Assembly: GCA_027067855.1 (NCBI GenBank) | Contig: JAMOUX010000025.1 | Location: 11,228 to 75,227 of the forward strand | Reading direction: 5' to 3' | Length of the DNA stretch: 64,000 nucleotides | From: Candidatus Fermentibacteraceae bacterium | GTDB taxonomy: Bacteria > Fermentibacterota > Fermentibacteria > Fermentibacterales > JCC-6 | Notes under the pieces: model-generated | Database searches by the model: none | What the model was told of the DNA's origin: nothing | The model's input: only the letters and a program-made list of their open reading frames with translations | Shown here: one piece after another, positions 19,646 through 29,303 of the stretch | Position numbering within the stretch: position 1 is the stretch's first letter | How the letters are laid out: each line of letters starts with the position of its first letter | Program-made: the position numbers and the translations under genes

Positions 19646-20124
19646 AAGCGATGGCCGCCGTCGTATCGATGATTCTCCTGGCCGCAGCCTGCGGAGACGA
19701 AGGAGGAGCATCCGACACGGTGAAACTGTTCGCGGAATACCTTGCCGATTCGAGTTACCAGGAAGCCTGGGGACTCATCACCCCGGAATCCAGGGCAATG
19801 TTCGATTCCACCGCTTCGGTACTCCATAAATTCGGATGGCTGGAGGCACGTGAAGCGGTCGTGAAGTTCATGGGGGAAATGACCCGCGAAGAATTCGAGG
19901 AACTCACCGGAGAAGACATTTTCTGCAGGATGGTGATCAACGCCCCTGAAACCCGGGAACTCAGTACGAGCGTGAAGTCCGTATCTTTCCCGGACAGCTC
20001 CGTGGCGGTGGTGGTGATGAAGACCCGTGAAGGACTCCAGGAAATAATAGTGAGGAAATACAACGGGGAATGGCTGGTGGATCTTACCAACCTGTCACCT
20101 CCCGTGAGAGGAGAGGTGAGGTGA
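19642..20124 (+). CDS. Small lipoprotein, hypothetical
   Basis: MKAMAAVVSMILLAAAC-G lipobox signal. ATGA overlap with the DUF1015 stop. 160 aa. Confidence 0.5.
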   Translation: MKAMAAVVSMILLAAACGDEGGASDTVKLFAEYLADSSYQEAWGLITPESRAMFDSTASVLHKFGWLEAREAVVKFMGEMTREEFEELTGEDIFCRMVINAPETRELSTSVKSVSFPDSSVAVVVMKTREGLQEIIVRKYNGEWLVDLTNLSPPVRGEVR

Positions 20125-20453
20125 AAACCGGGAACCGGGGCCTGGTTATATTTTCGATACTCTTCGTGGGGGCCGGCATACTTTTCCTGCTGTGGGGCCT
20201 GGGCATCCACGTGGGGAAATGGTGGCCGGTCTTCTTCACGGCCGTGGGTCTGGCATCATTTGCGAGAAACCCGGAAGAAACGGCCAACATCGTGTTCGGG
20301 CTGCTCCTCACAGGCTGGAGCATCGCAGGGATAGCATGTCTTCATGGAAATGAACTGGGCATTACGCATCCGCTTCCATTCTTCATCGGAGTATCCGTAC
20401 TCTGGATCCCGGTTTCGTGGATACTTTCCAGGATCATCACCAGGCGGAGCTGA
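20121..20453 (+). CDS. Small integral membrane protein (4 TM), hypothetical
   Basis: GTG start overlaps the previous stop (GTGA). Hydrophobic segments VIFSILFVGAGILFLLWGL, WWPVFFTAVGLA, IVFGLLLTGWSIAGIA and FFIGVSVLWIPVSWIL. Confidence 0.45.
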   Translation: MKTGNRGLVIFSILFVGAGILFLLWGLGIHVGKWWPVFFTAVGLASFARNPEETANIVFGLLLTGWSIAGIACLHGNELGITHPLPFFIGVSVLWIPVSWILSRIITRRS

Positions 20454-20673
20454 CGGCTGCGGAATCCCCGATCCGGGCACGAACGGATATTCACAGGAAC
20501 GGCGAATATCTTCGACGGCCCTCCGGAGTCGATCTACAAACTCACGGGTATTTCAGCAGGTCATTAATCGCCGCCGCCTCAAAAAACCGAAGTCGCTCCA
20601 TCCGGATTGACCCCGATTATCATTCCTCCATATTAGCCCCTTCGATCCGACGTTCAAAGAGGAAGGAGCCGTC

Positions 20674-22080
20674 GTGAAAGAAAAGTCCCGGACGAAACTG
20701 TTGGTCACACTGGGACCCTCTTCCGCCGATGTGGACGTTCTCACCGATATGATACGAGAAGGCATCGACGCCTGCAGGATAAATTTCTCCCACGGAGATC
20801 GCGGGCAACACCTGTCGTTCATGAACCTGGTCAAGAACATCAACGAAAGAATGGACACTCATGTCGCTCTTCTGGCCGACCTCAGGGGGGCCAAGATAAG
20901 GGTGGGGAACATTACCGGCGGTTCGATCACCCTGAGGCCGGGCGAAACTTTCCGGCTCACGGTGGACGGAAGAACCGGGGACTCTTCCGGAGTCTCGGTC
21001 AACTACCCTCCCCTGCCCGACGAGGTCGAACCCGGTGACGTGATTCTTCTGGACGACGGCAGGATACGACTGGAAGTAACGGACACGGTACCCGGGGATC
21101 ACGTGATCGCCAGGGTGATACACGGCGGAGTTCTGCTTCCCGGCAAGGGAGTCAACCTGCCTTCATCCAAGTTATCCCTGCCCGGTCTCACGATCGCGGA
21201 CGAGGAAGACGCCCTGTTCGCGGCGAAAAACGGCGTCGACTGGATCGCGGTGTCTTTTGTAAAATCGGCGGAGGACATGGAGAGACTGAGGAAACGCCTC
21301 CGGGGATATGAAGTCCGCCTGATAGCCAAGATAGAAAGATCGGAAGCGGTACGTCGGCTGGACGAAATAGTGGAAGCATCCGATGCGGTCATGGTGGCGC
21401 GGGGCGACCTGGGTGTGGAGATGAACTTCGACGAAGTTCCCATCCTGCAGAAAACCATTGTCCGCAAGTGCATGGAATCGGCCACGCCGGTTATAATCGC
21501 CACCCAGATGATGGAAAGCATGATTGAGCGATCCAGGCCCACCAGGGCCGAGGCCGCCGACGTAGCCAACGCCGTACTGGACGGTGCGGATACCCTGATG
21601 CTCAGCGGAGAGACCGCCATGGGCCGCCACCCCGTATTGGTGGTGAAAAGCATGCAGGCCATCATAAACACCACCGAAAAACACGGAATGCCACCCCTCC
21701 GGAGATCGGCTTCCCCGGGCTCCATTCCCGACTTCATATGCCGCAGCGCGGTGGACATGGCCGAAAGAGCCGGCGCCCGGGCCATAGTCACCTTCACGCA
21801 TTCCGGGTATACGGCGGTAAGAATATCCTCGCACAGGCCCGAAGCCGGAATATTCGCCTTCACCACTAATCCCGGGTTGTTGTCGATATTATCGCTGGTG
21901 TGGGGGGTGCGGGCCTTTCACCTGGACAGCACCGGTCACATCAAGGACTATGTCCAGCGTTCCCTGGAGTTCCTGAAGAAACGGGACCTGGTTCGGAAGG
22001 GAGACCTGGTTGTCCACGTTGGAAGCATTCCCCTGCAGCTTCGCGGCAGGACCAACATGCTGAAACTGACGAAGGTCTGA
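20674..22080 (+). CDS. pyk: Pyruvate kinase
   Basis: 468 aa. PK barrel and C-terminal domains are present, with the MVARGDLG motif. GTG start preceded by AGGAAGGAG. Confidence 0.9.
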   Translation: MKEKSRTKLLVTLGPSSADVDVLTDMIREGIDACRINFSHGDRGQHLSFMNLVKNINERMDTHVALLADLRGAKIRVGNITGGSITLRPGETFRLTVDGRTGDSSGVSVNYPPLPDEVEPGDVILLDDGRIRLEVTDTVPGDHVIARVIHGGVLLPGKGVNLPSSKLSLPGLTIADEEDALFAAKNGVDWIAVSFVKSAEDMERLRKRLRGYEVRLIAKIERSEAVRRLDEIVEASDAVMVARGDLGVEMNFDEVPILQKTIVRKCMESATPVIIATQMMESMIERSRPTRAEAADVANAVLDGADTLMLSGETAMGRHPVLVVKSMQAIINTTEKHGMPPLRRSASPGSIPDFICRSAVDMAERAGARAIVTFTHSGYTAVRISSHRPEAGIFAFTTNPGLLSILSLVWGVRAFHLDSTGHIKDYVQRSLEFLKKRDLVRKGDLVVHVGSIPLQLRGRTNMLKLTKV

Positions 22081-22084
22081 CCGA

Positions 22085-22573
22085 TCATATAGGGTGAATT
22101 ATCGGTTCCTCCTTGAGCACCCTGCTCAACAGGTAAGCGGCCTTGTCGGCCTCCCGATCGTCCAGAACCACGAAAACCCTGCTCCGGCTGGCGGCTATGT
22201 GTTTTACGTCCACGTTTTCCCGTTCCAGGGCCGACAGTGAAACCGCCATGGTGCCCAGAACCGTCTCGTAGTTGATCTCTTCCAGATCGAAGCTGAGTAT
22301 CGCAAGGCCGTGCTGCTCCGTCACCTTCCTTATTCCCAACTCATCCTTCACATGTTCCACGGCCTCGCGAGCCGCATCGTGGGAATCTTCCGAAACACTG
22401 AAAGAAATGTCGCCTTCCGTCTTTCCGTGTTCGGTGTTGAACATGTGAACTATGTTGACGTTCCTCTTCCCCAATTCGCCGAAGAGTCTTCCCGCCACCC
22501 CGGGTTTCGCGGGCACTCCGTGGCACGTGAATCTTACTATCCTTCTCCGTCTTGTGACGAGAACTTCACTCAT
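22085..22573 (-). CDS. Tandem ACT-domain regulatory protein
   Basis: 162 aa with two ACT-like beta-alpha-beta-beta-alpha-beta units, resembling the regulatory domains of aspartate kinase. Downstream of the malic-enzyme gene on the same strand. Confidence 0.55.
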   Translation of the reverse strand: MSEVLVTRRRRIVRFTCHGVPAKPGVAGRLFGELGKRNVNIVHMFNTEHGKTEGDISFSVSEDSHDAAREAVEHVKDELGIRKVTEQHGLAILSFDLEEINYETVLGTMAVSLSALERENVDVKHIAASRSRVFVVLDDREADKAAYLLSRVLKEEPIIHPI

Positions 22574-22601
22574 GTGTCTCCCTTTCCGCGGCGGTCCGGT
22601 T

Positions 22602-24056
22602 CTACTCCACCGCCTCGACCGCTATCTTCGCGGCTTCGCGTATCAACTCCGGAGGAGGTTCCCGGATGAAACCGTCTTCCATGAGCTTGCCGAACAACTC
22701 CCTGGCCATCGTTATGTCCCGTCTGGCCTCTTCCACCACCTGTTCCCTGGAAATCACTCTCCGGGCAACCCCGTCCTCGACGGCTTGCATCGCCACGTCG
22801 GCGGCTTCCTCCGGAAATACGTCGGCCTCGTCCATTGTGGGAATTATGTAGTCCGGGCTCAATCCTTTTTTCCCGGCGAAAGCAGCCAGGGAACGGGCTG
22901 CGGCCACGGCCATGTTATCGGTGATGGCGCTGGCCCTCACCAGCAGGGCGCCCTTCAGAATACCCGGGAATCCCAGTGAGTTGTTCACCTGGTTGGGAAA
23001 GTCACCCCTTCCGGTAGCCACGATGGCCGCCCCGGCCTCCTTGGCTTCGTAGGGATATATTTCCGGAACGGGATTGGCGCATGCGAAAACTATGGGATCC
23101 TTGTTCATGGATCTTATCCAATCTCCGGGTATCAATCCCGGACCCGGCCTGGAGACGGCCACCAGGACGTCCGCTCCCTTAATCGCTTCCTCGTGGGTTT
23201 TCAGCATCCCGGGGTTGGTGGAGAGGCAGAGTTCCCATTTCCTGTAGAATCTCTCGTCCTCTTCCACATCCTTCCTGTTACGTGACAGGCTTCCCCTGGA
23301 ATCGAACATCACCATCTTCGAGGGGTCTCCTCCGGCGGTTATTATCAACCTGGCTATGGTGGTGTTGGAAGCACCGGCCCCTATGAAGACTATCCTAACG
23401 TCTTCCAGCTTCTTTCCCACCACCTCCAGCGCACCCAGCAACCCGGCCAGGGTAACGCATCCGGTTCCCTGCGCGTCGTCGTGCCATACCGGAATGTCGC
23501 ATTCCTCACGAAGAGTATCCAACACTTTGAAACAGTTGGGCTGCGAGATGTCCTCCAGGTTTATGGCCCCGAAACTGGGTTCCGCCATCTTGACGAAGTC
23601 TATGATCTTGTCCGGGTCCGGATTTCCCCGGGCATCCCTGTTGTTTATGCAAAGCGCGACGGCGTCCACACCGCCCAGGTACTTCATGAGAAAGGCCTTG
23701 CCTTCCATTACCCCGAGTCCTCCCGGCGGAGTGCAGTCCCCGTCTCCCAGCACCCTGGTGGAATCACTCACCACGCCTACGAAATTGCCCTTGTTGGTGA
23801 GGTCGTAGGCCGCCCCGTTGTCTTCCCGGATGGCTGTGGACACCTTGGACACACCGGGGGTGTACCAGACATTGAACCAGTTGAAGCCGTAAAGACCGGC
23901 CTTGGGTACGGTCATCATCTTCCCCCGGTAGAACTTGTGCATCCTGTAGGCGAGTTCCTTCAGGAAGACGGTCTTGCCTTTCGCTCTCTGTTCTTCGGTG
24001 AAATGGTCGGGGAAGATGCTTCCAAGGTTCTCCAGGGACAAGTCGAAATCTTTCAT
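22602..24056 (-). CDS. NAD(P)-dependent malic enzyme (oxaloacetate-decarboxylating malate dehydrogenase)
   Basis: 484 aa. Malic-enzyme N-terminal domain plus NAD-binding domain (VFIGAGASN Rossmann motif). Confidence 0.85.
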   Translation of the reverse strand: MKDFDLSLENLGSIFPDHFTEEQRAKGKTVFLKELAYRMHKFYRGKMMTVPKAGLYGFNWFNVWYTPGVSKVSTAIREDNGAAYDLTNKGNFVGVVSDSTRVLGDGDCTPPGGLGVMEGKAFLMKYLGGVDAVALCINNRDARGNPDPDKIIDFVKMAEPSFGAINLEDISQPNCFKVLDTLREECDIPVWHDDAQGTGCVTLAGLLGALEVVGKKLEDVRIVFIGAGASNTTIARLIITAGGDPSKMVMFDSRGSLSRNRKDVEEDERFYRKWELCLSTNPGMLKTHEEAIKGADVLVAVSRPGPGLIPGDWIRSMNKDPIVFACANPVPEIYPYEAKEAGAAIVATGRGDFPNQVNNSLGFPGILKGALLVRASAITDNMAVAAARSLAAFAGKKGLSPDYIIPTMDEADVFPEEAADVAMQAVEDGVARRVISREQVVEEARRDITMARELFGKLMEDGFIREPPPELIREAAKIAVEAVE

Positions 24057-24077
24057 CTCACAACCCTTCAGCCGTTG

Positions 24078-24686
24078 CTAACGATTTCGGCGGTATTCCG
24101 CCACCCCCTTCTCGAACAGATCGTTTCCAGCGGTGTCGTTCACCACGAAAAGGGGCATCTTCTCCACTACGAGTCTCCTCACCGCCTCGGGGCCCAGGTC
24201 CTCGTAAGCTATTACCTCGGCTTCCCTGACGGTCGAAGCTATGCCGGCGGCGGCGCCTCCAACCGCGGCCAGGTAAACGGCGCCGTTTCTAACCATCGAT
24301 TCGCGCACGGCCCTGGACCTCGGACCTTTGCCGATCGTACCCTTCAACCCGTGATCCAGCAGGATCGGAGTGTATACGTCCATCCTGTAACTCGTGGTGG
24401 GCCCTGCCGAGTTCATGATCTGGCCCGGTCGGGCCGGAGCCGGGCCCACGTAATAGATTACGGCTCCCTCCAGATCGAAGGGCAGTTCTTCACCATTTTC
24501 CAGAAGGGCCACCAACCTCTTGTGGGCCGCATCCCTGGCCGTGTATATCTCCCCGGACAACAACACCTTGTCACCAGATTTCAGTTCCGCCAGCAGTTTT
24601 CCATCCAGGGGGGTAGTGAGTTCAATCGTCTTCAATTCGCTCTCCTCCCGCTTCCTAGATCGTTCTTTCTCCATGCCTGTCGGCAT
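24078..24686 (-). CDS. fumB: Fumarate hydratase class I, beta subunit (Fe-S hydro-lyase beta chain)
   Basis: Core LTTPLxxxxxxxLKxGDxVLLSGxIYTARDAAHKRL is typical of the tartrate/fumarate beta chain. The real start probably lies a few codons inside the ORF. Confidence 0.8.
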   Translation of the reverse strand: MPTGMEKERSRKREESELKTIELTTPLDGKLLAELKSGDKVLLSGEIYTARDAAHKRLVALLENGEELPFDLEGAVIYYVGPAPARPGQIMNSAGPTTSYRMDVYTPILLDHGLKGTIGKGPRSRAVRESMVRNGAVYLAAVGGAAAGIASTVREAEVIAYEDLGPEAVRRLVVEKMPLFVVNDTAGNDLFEKGVAEYRRNR

Positions 24687-25500
24687 GGCACTGCATGTTG
24701 ACCGCCACCGGCATGGACGCTATATGACAAGGCAGGGTCTTCACATGAACCGCAAGAGCGGTGATTCTTCCCCCCAGTCCCTGCGGACCTATTCCAAGAT
24801 TGTTGATCCTCTCAAGCATCTCCTCTTCCGCCCGCCGGTACCTCGGATCCGGATTGGGTTCGCCTATCTTTCTCATCAGCGCCTCCTTGGCAAGGAGGGC
24901 GCATCTCTCGAAATCACCGCCTATTCCAACCCCCACCACCACGGGGGGACACGGATTGCCGCCGGACCTGGACACCCTGTCCACCACGAAATCTTTCACT
25001 CCCTCGATACCGTCCGCGGCGGTCATCATCCTGACCTCGCTCATGTTCTCGGCCCCGCCTCCCTTGGGAGCGAAAATCACCTTCACCTTCTCTCCGGGAA
25101 CCATCCTGGTGTAGATTATTGCAGGAGTATTGTCTCCGGTGTTCTTCCTATCCAGCACCGGGTCGTCCACCATTGATTTTCTGAGGTAACCCTGGGTATA
25201 CCCCTGCCTGACCCCCTCGTTCACCGAATCCTCCAGTGATCCGCCCACCAGGTGCACATCCTGACCTATTTCGAGAAAGACCACCGCAACGCCGGTGTCC
25301 TGGCAGATGGGCATGTTCTCCCTTTCCGCGATAACATGATTGTCCAGGATAACCTGGAGGATTTCCCGTCCGAGGGGGGATTCCTCTACCTGCAGAGCCT
25401 TGCGTAACGCCGCCTTCACGTCTTCGGGAAGGCGGATGTTGGTCTCGATGGATAATTCCTTCACGGCCCGGGTGATCTCGGCAACATTCAGTTCTCTCAA
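24655..25500 (-). CDS. fumA: Fumarate hydratase class I, alpha subunit (Fe-S hydro-lyase alpha chain)
   Basis: 281 aa. ICQDTGVAVVF cluster-ligand Cys motif and length typical of the two-subunit archaeal/anaerobe-type fumarase. Confidence 0.85.
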   Translation of the reverse strand: MRELNVAEITRAVKELSIETNIRLPEDVKAALRKALQVEESPLGREILQVILDNHVIAERENMPICQDTGVAVVFLEIGQDVHLVGGSLEDSVNEGVRQGYTQGYLRKSMVDDPVLDRKNTGDNTPAIIYTRMVPGEKVKVIFAPKGGGAENMSEVRMMTAADGIEGVKDFVVDRVSRSGGNPCPPVVVGVGIGGDFERCALLAKEALMRKIGEPNPDPRYRRAEEEMLERINNLGIGPQGLGGRITALAVHVKTLPCHIASMPVAVNMQCHADRHGERTI

Positions 25501-26372
25501 TTTAATCCTCCCAGTCCCGCCGCCACCAGGTCGACTATCTCCTCTATGGTTTCGGCCACGGGGATGCCGCTCCGGGAAAGGGCTTCCACCTTGGCCTCCA
25601 CGGTGCTCTCGACCCCGGAGATTATGGCCCCGGCGTGTCCCATCCTTTTGCCGGGGGGAGCGCTTCTTCCCACTATGTAACTCACCACCGGCTTGTGGAA
25701 AGTTTCCGCAACGAATGCCGCGGCGTCCTGTTCGTCGGTACCGCCTATCTCTCCTACCATGACCACCAGTTCCGTTCCGGGATCTTCCGCGAAAAGCTCC
25801 ATGTAATCCCTGTACTTCATACCCACCACCGGGTCACCTCCCATGCCGATGGCGGTGGACTGGCCGAAGCCGGCGGCAGTGAGACGCTTGACGATTTCGT
25901 AAGTCAGGGTTCCGCTCCTGGATATCACTCCCACCGGCCCGGGCTCGAAGATTCCGCCGGGCATGATCCCGACTTTGCATTCCCCCGGCGAGATGAGACC
26001 CGGACAGTTGGGACCCGTGAGCTTCACTCCCATTCCGTCCAACTCATTAACCACCCTGGACATATCGAGAACGGGAATTCCCTCGGTTACCGCCACCACG
26101 AGATCCGCTCCCGCATGAGCTCCCTCGAGCACCGCATCGGCGGCGAACGGAGCAGGCACGAATATCACCGAACAATTCGCCCCGGTCTTTTCCACGGCTT
26201 TCCTACAGGTATTGAAAACCGGAATTCCGTCGTACGTTTCTCCTTCCCTTCCCGGGTGGACCGCCGCCACAACCCGGGTTCCGTACCGGAGCATCCGGCC
26301 CGCATGGAAAGAGCCGTCACGACCCAGTCCCTGGACCATCAGCCGGGTGTTTTCTCCTATGAGAATGCTCAC
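25497..26372 (-). CDS. sucD: Succinyl-CoA synthetase alpha subunit
   Basis: 291 aa. CoA-binding domain and the phospho-His loop region (SRSGTLTYE ... GHAGAII). Confidence 0.95.
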   Translation of the reverse strand: MSILIGENTRLMVQGLGRDGSFHAGRMLRYGTRVVAAVHPGREGETYDGIPVFNTCRKAVEKTGANCSVIFVPAPFAADAVLEGAHAGADLVVAVTEGIPVLDMSRVVNELDGMGVKLTGPNCPGLISPGECKVGIMPGGIFEPGPVGVISRSGTLTYEIVKRLTAAGFGQSTAIGMGGDPVVGMKYRDYMELFAEDPGTELVVMVGEIGGTDEQDAAAFVAETFHKPVVSYIVGRSAPPGKRMGHAGAIISGVESTVEAKVEALSRSGIPVAETIEEIVDLVAAGLGGLN

Positions 26373-27517
26373 CTTCCGGCACCTCCCTTCCCTGCAAGCA
26401 GGATGGCTTCCCGGGCAGCCTCCGTCATGTCTCCGAAAGCCTTGATGCCGTGCTCGGAAAGTATTTTTATCCCCTCGACTTCGTTCGTCCCGGTGAGGCG
26501 CACCACCATGGGGAGCTTGAGATCGACGGTCGAGACGGCCTTCACCAGGCCGTTGGCCACATCATCGCATCTTGTTATACCACCGAAGACATTCACGAAA
26601 ATGACCTTCACATTATCGTCAGACACCAGGAGTTTCATGGCGTGGACTACTTTTTCCGGGTTCGAACTGCCTCCTATATCCAGAAAATTGGCCGGCGTAC
26701 CACCCAGGTGCTTTATTACGTCCATAGTGGCCATGGCCAGACCCGCCCCGTTCACCATGCAGCCTATCTCGCCGTCGAGTCGGACGTAAGACAGGCCGTG
26801 TTTCCTGGCTTCCAGTTCCTTCAGCTCGGCGGGAGAGGGGAGGCGCAGCGACTCCAGATCGGGATGTCTGAACAGAGCGTTGTCGTCGATGACCATCTTA
26901 GCATCCAGAGCGATTATCATTCCGTCTTCGAGTCTGGCCAGGGGGTTTATCTCTACCAGAGTGGCGTCCAGGGAGTTCATGCATCTCCACAGCTTCACCA
27001 TTACGGAAGCCGCATCCAGCGCGTTCTTCTTGCCCTGGAACACCTTGAACGCCATTTCCTTCGCCTCGAAAAACCTGAGCCCCTTATGTGGATCGACGGG
27101 ATGGAAGAAAATCTTTTCCGGAGTTTCCGCAGCCACTTTCTCTATGTCCATGCCCCCTGATGCGGAGACCATCATCACCGGGACCTTCCGTTTCCTGTCC
27201 ACGGTGATGCCCAGGTAATACTCGCCGGCTACGGACAGCGCCGGATCGACCAGCAGACGTTCCACCACGAACCCCTTGATGTTCATGCCCAGTATTTTCC
27301 CGGCCGCTTCACCGGCCTCCCGGGGAGTCCGTGCGAGCTTGACGCCCCCGGCCTTGCCCCTACCTCCGGTTTTCACCTGGGCCTTGACAACCACGGGACA
27401 TCCCAATTCTTCCGCCGCCGCTTCCGCACCGGAGACGGTGGTCACCATTCTGCCCCTGGGCACCGGTATGCCGTGCTCGTCGAAGAGTTTCTTGGCTTGA
27501 AATTCCTCCAGTTTCAT
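26369..27517 (-). CDS. sucC: Succinyl-CoA synthetase beta subunit (ATP-grasp)
   Basis: 382 aa. Begins MKLEEFQAKKLF as in SucC; ATP-grasp fold. 4-nt overlap with sucD. Confidence 0.95.
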   Translation of the reverse strand: MKLEEFQAKKLFDEHGIPVPRGRMVTTVSGAEAAAEELGCPVVVKAQVKTGGRGKAGGVKLARTPREAGEAAGKILGMNIKGFVVERLLVDPALSVAGEYYLGITVDRKRKVPVMMVSASGGMDIEKVAAETPEKIFFHPVDPHKGLRFFEAKEMAFKVFQGKKNALDAASVMVKLWRCMNSLDATLVEINPLARLEDGMIIALDAKMVIDDNALFRHPDLESLRLPSPAELKELEARKHGLSYVRLDGEIGCMVNGAGLAMATMDVIKHLGGTPANFLDIGGSSNPEKVVHAMKLLVSDDNVKVIFVNVFGGITRCDDVANGLVKAVSTVDLKLPMVVRLTGTNEVEGIKILSEHGIKAFGDMTEAAREAILLAGKGGAGR

Positions 27518-27674
27518 CGCGTCTCCGTAACTTTTGAGTTTTCACGGCCTTCTTGAATTCATGTTTTCGAAAATATCACATGATCTGTCCTGCGAACAAG
27601 TGAAATCACAACGTCCCTCCGGAGGATCCCGCAAGTATATTCCGGCAAGACACGTTTTACGAAGGAGAGATTTC

Positions 27675-29186
27675 ATGTCCGATGTCGAAATCAGAACCAG
27701 GCTCGCTCCGTCTCCCACCGGCGCCCCTCACGTGGGAACCGCCTACCAGGCTCTCTTCGGCTACGTATGGGCCAGGAAGAACGGCGGAAAGTTCGTATTG
27801 CGCATAGAGGATACCGACAGGGAAAGGTCCTCCGCGGAATCGGAGAGGGCTATAATCGACTCTCTCGGGTGGCTCGGAATCAAGTGGGACGAGGGTCCCG
27901 ACATCGGAGGTCCGTACGGTCCCTATCGACAGAGCGAGAGGCTCGAGATATACCACCGTCACGTGGAGAAACTGGTGGCGGAAGGTCACGCCTACCCGTG
28001 CTTCTGTAGCAGGGAAAGGCTTGAAAGGGTACGGAAGGAGAGGCAGAAATCCGGCGCCGGCAGCGGCTATGACAGGAAGTGCAGGAACATCCCCCCGGAG
28101 GAAGCCGGAAAGAGAGTGGAGAACGGGGAGGAATTCACCGTCAGAATGAAGGTTCCACTGGAAGGAACCTGCCGTTTCACCGATTTTCTCCGGGGCGAAA
28201 TCAAAAAGGACTGGAGTTCGATAGACGACCAGGTCATTCTGAAGGCGGACGGATACCCCACGTACCACCTCGCCGTGGTGGTGGACGACCACCTGATGAA
28301 GATATCCCACGTGATAAGAGGCGAGGAATGGATAAACTCCGTTCCCAAGCACATTCTCCTCTACCGATTCTTCGGCTGGAAACCGCCGGTGTTCTGCCAC
28401 CTGCCACTGCTGCGCAACAAAGACCGCAGCAAACTTTCCAAGAGAAAGAACCCGGTCTCCCTCGAGTGGTACAGGAGAACCGGCATACTGCCCGAGGCGC
28501 TCCTGAATTTCCTGGGCCTAATGGGCTGGCATCCCGCTGACGACGAAGAAAAATTCTCCGTGGAGGAGATGGTGGAGAAGTTCAGGCTGGAGGACGTGAG
28601 CCTCGGTGGCCCCGTCTTCGACCTGGATAAGCTCAAGTGGCTGAACGGAAGATATATACGCGAAGACCTGACCACGGAACAACTCATGAACCGGTTGGAG
28701 GAATGGGCACTCAACCGGGACAATTTCACCAGGATACTGGAAACCTGCAAGGGAAGGATGACCACTCTTTCCGACTGGGGCAGGCTCACTCCCCATTTTT
28801 TCACCGAAGACATAGAGTACCGGAAGGAAGACCTGCTGCTGGACGGTTTGGACGAAACCGGCACGTGCGAAGTTCTCCAGGTCGTCCTGTGGGAATTGGA
28901 GAGACTGACTCCCTTCGACAAGGACACTATCTACCGCATGTTCAGGAAACTCTCGGACAGAACCGGAATCAAACTGAAGAAGCTTACCGCTCCCCTGTAC
29001 GTGGCCGTCAGTGGAAAGACGGTCTCGACTCCCCTCTTCGACACCATGGAGATACTGGGATCCGACGTGACCAGGATGCGCATCAGGAAAGCCATGGAAA
29101 GACTGGGAGGACTCTCGGGAAAAAGGTTGAAGAAGCTGGAGAAGGAATACGAACGCTCGAACGTGACCGGTCGTGGGCTTGACTGA
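27675..29186 (+). CDS. gltX: Glutamyl-tRNA synthetase
   Basis: The homology starts at MSDVEIRTRLAPSPTGAPHVG (HIGH motif), preceded by AAGGAGAG. KLSKR motif present. The ORF-track start (27534) is an upstream extension. Confidence 0.9.
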   Translation: MSDVEIRTRLAPSPTGAPHVGTAYQALFGYVWARKNGGKFVLRIEDTDRERSSAESERAIIDSLGWLGIKWDEGPDIGGPYGPYRQSERLEIYHRHVEKLVAEGHAYPCFCSRERLERVRKERQKSGAGSGYDRKCRNIPPEEAGKRVENGEEFTVRMKVPLEGTCRFTDFLRGEIKKDWSSIDDQVILKADGYPTYHLAVVVDDHLMKISHVIRGEEWINSVPKHILLYRFFGWKPPVFCHLPLLRNKDRSKLSKRKNPVSLEWYRRTGILPEALLNFLGLMGWHPADDEEKFSVEEMVEKFRLEDVSLGGPVFDLDKLKWLNGRYIREDLTTEQLMNRLEEWALNRDNFTRILETCKGRMTTLSDWGRLTPHFFTEDIEYRKEDLLLDGLDETGTCEVLQVVLWELERLTPFDKDTIYRMFRKLSDRTGIKLKKLTAPLYVAVSGKTVSTPLFDTMEILGSDVTRMRIRKAMERLGGLSGKRLKKLEKEYERSNVTGRGLD

Positions 29187-29225
29187 GGCGCCTCCGTCTT
29201 CGATATTTGCGCCCTGAAAAGACGC

Positions 29226-29300
29226 GCTCCCATCGTCTAGCGGTCAGGACGCTGGCCTCTCACGCCGGAAACCGGGGTTCGATTCCCCGTGGGAGCGCCA
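29226..29300 (+). tRNA. tRNA-Glu (anticodon CUC)
   Basis: 75 nt: GCTCCCA acceptor, GTCT-AGCGGTCAGGAC D-arm, anticodon stem CTGGC/GCCGG with loop CTCTCAC, T-arm CGGGG-TTCGATT-CCCCG and a 3' CCA. The structure is close to E. coli tRNA-Glu. It lies 40 nt after gltX. Confidence 0.85.
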
Positions 29301-29303
29301 TTT

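Noticed and set aside
27518-27674. T-box or other leader RNA upstream of gltX
   Set aside because: 157-nt divergent sucC/gltX spacer. I found no T-box specifier/antiterminator (AGGGUGGNACCGCG) elements, only AT-richer promoter-like sequence.
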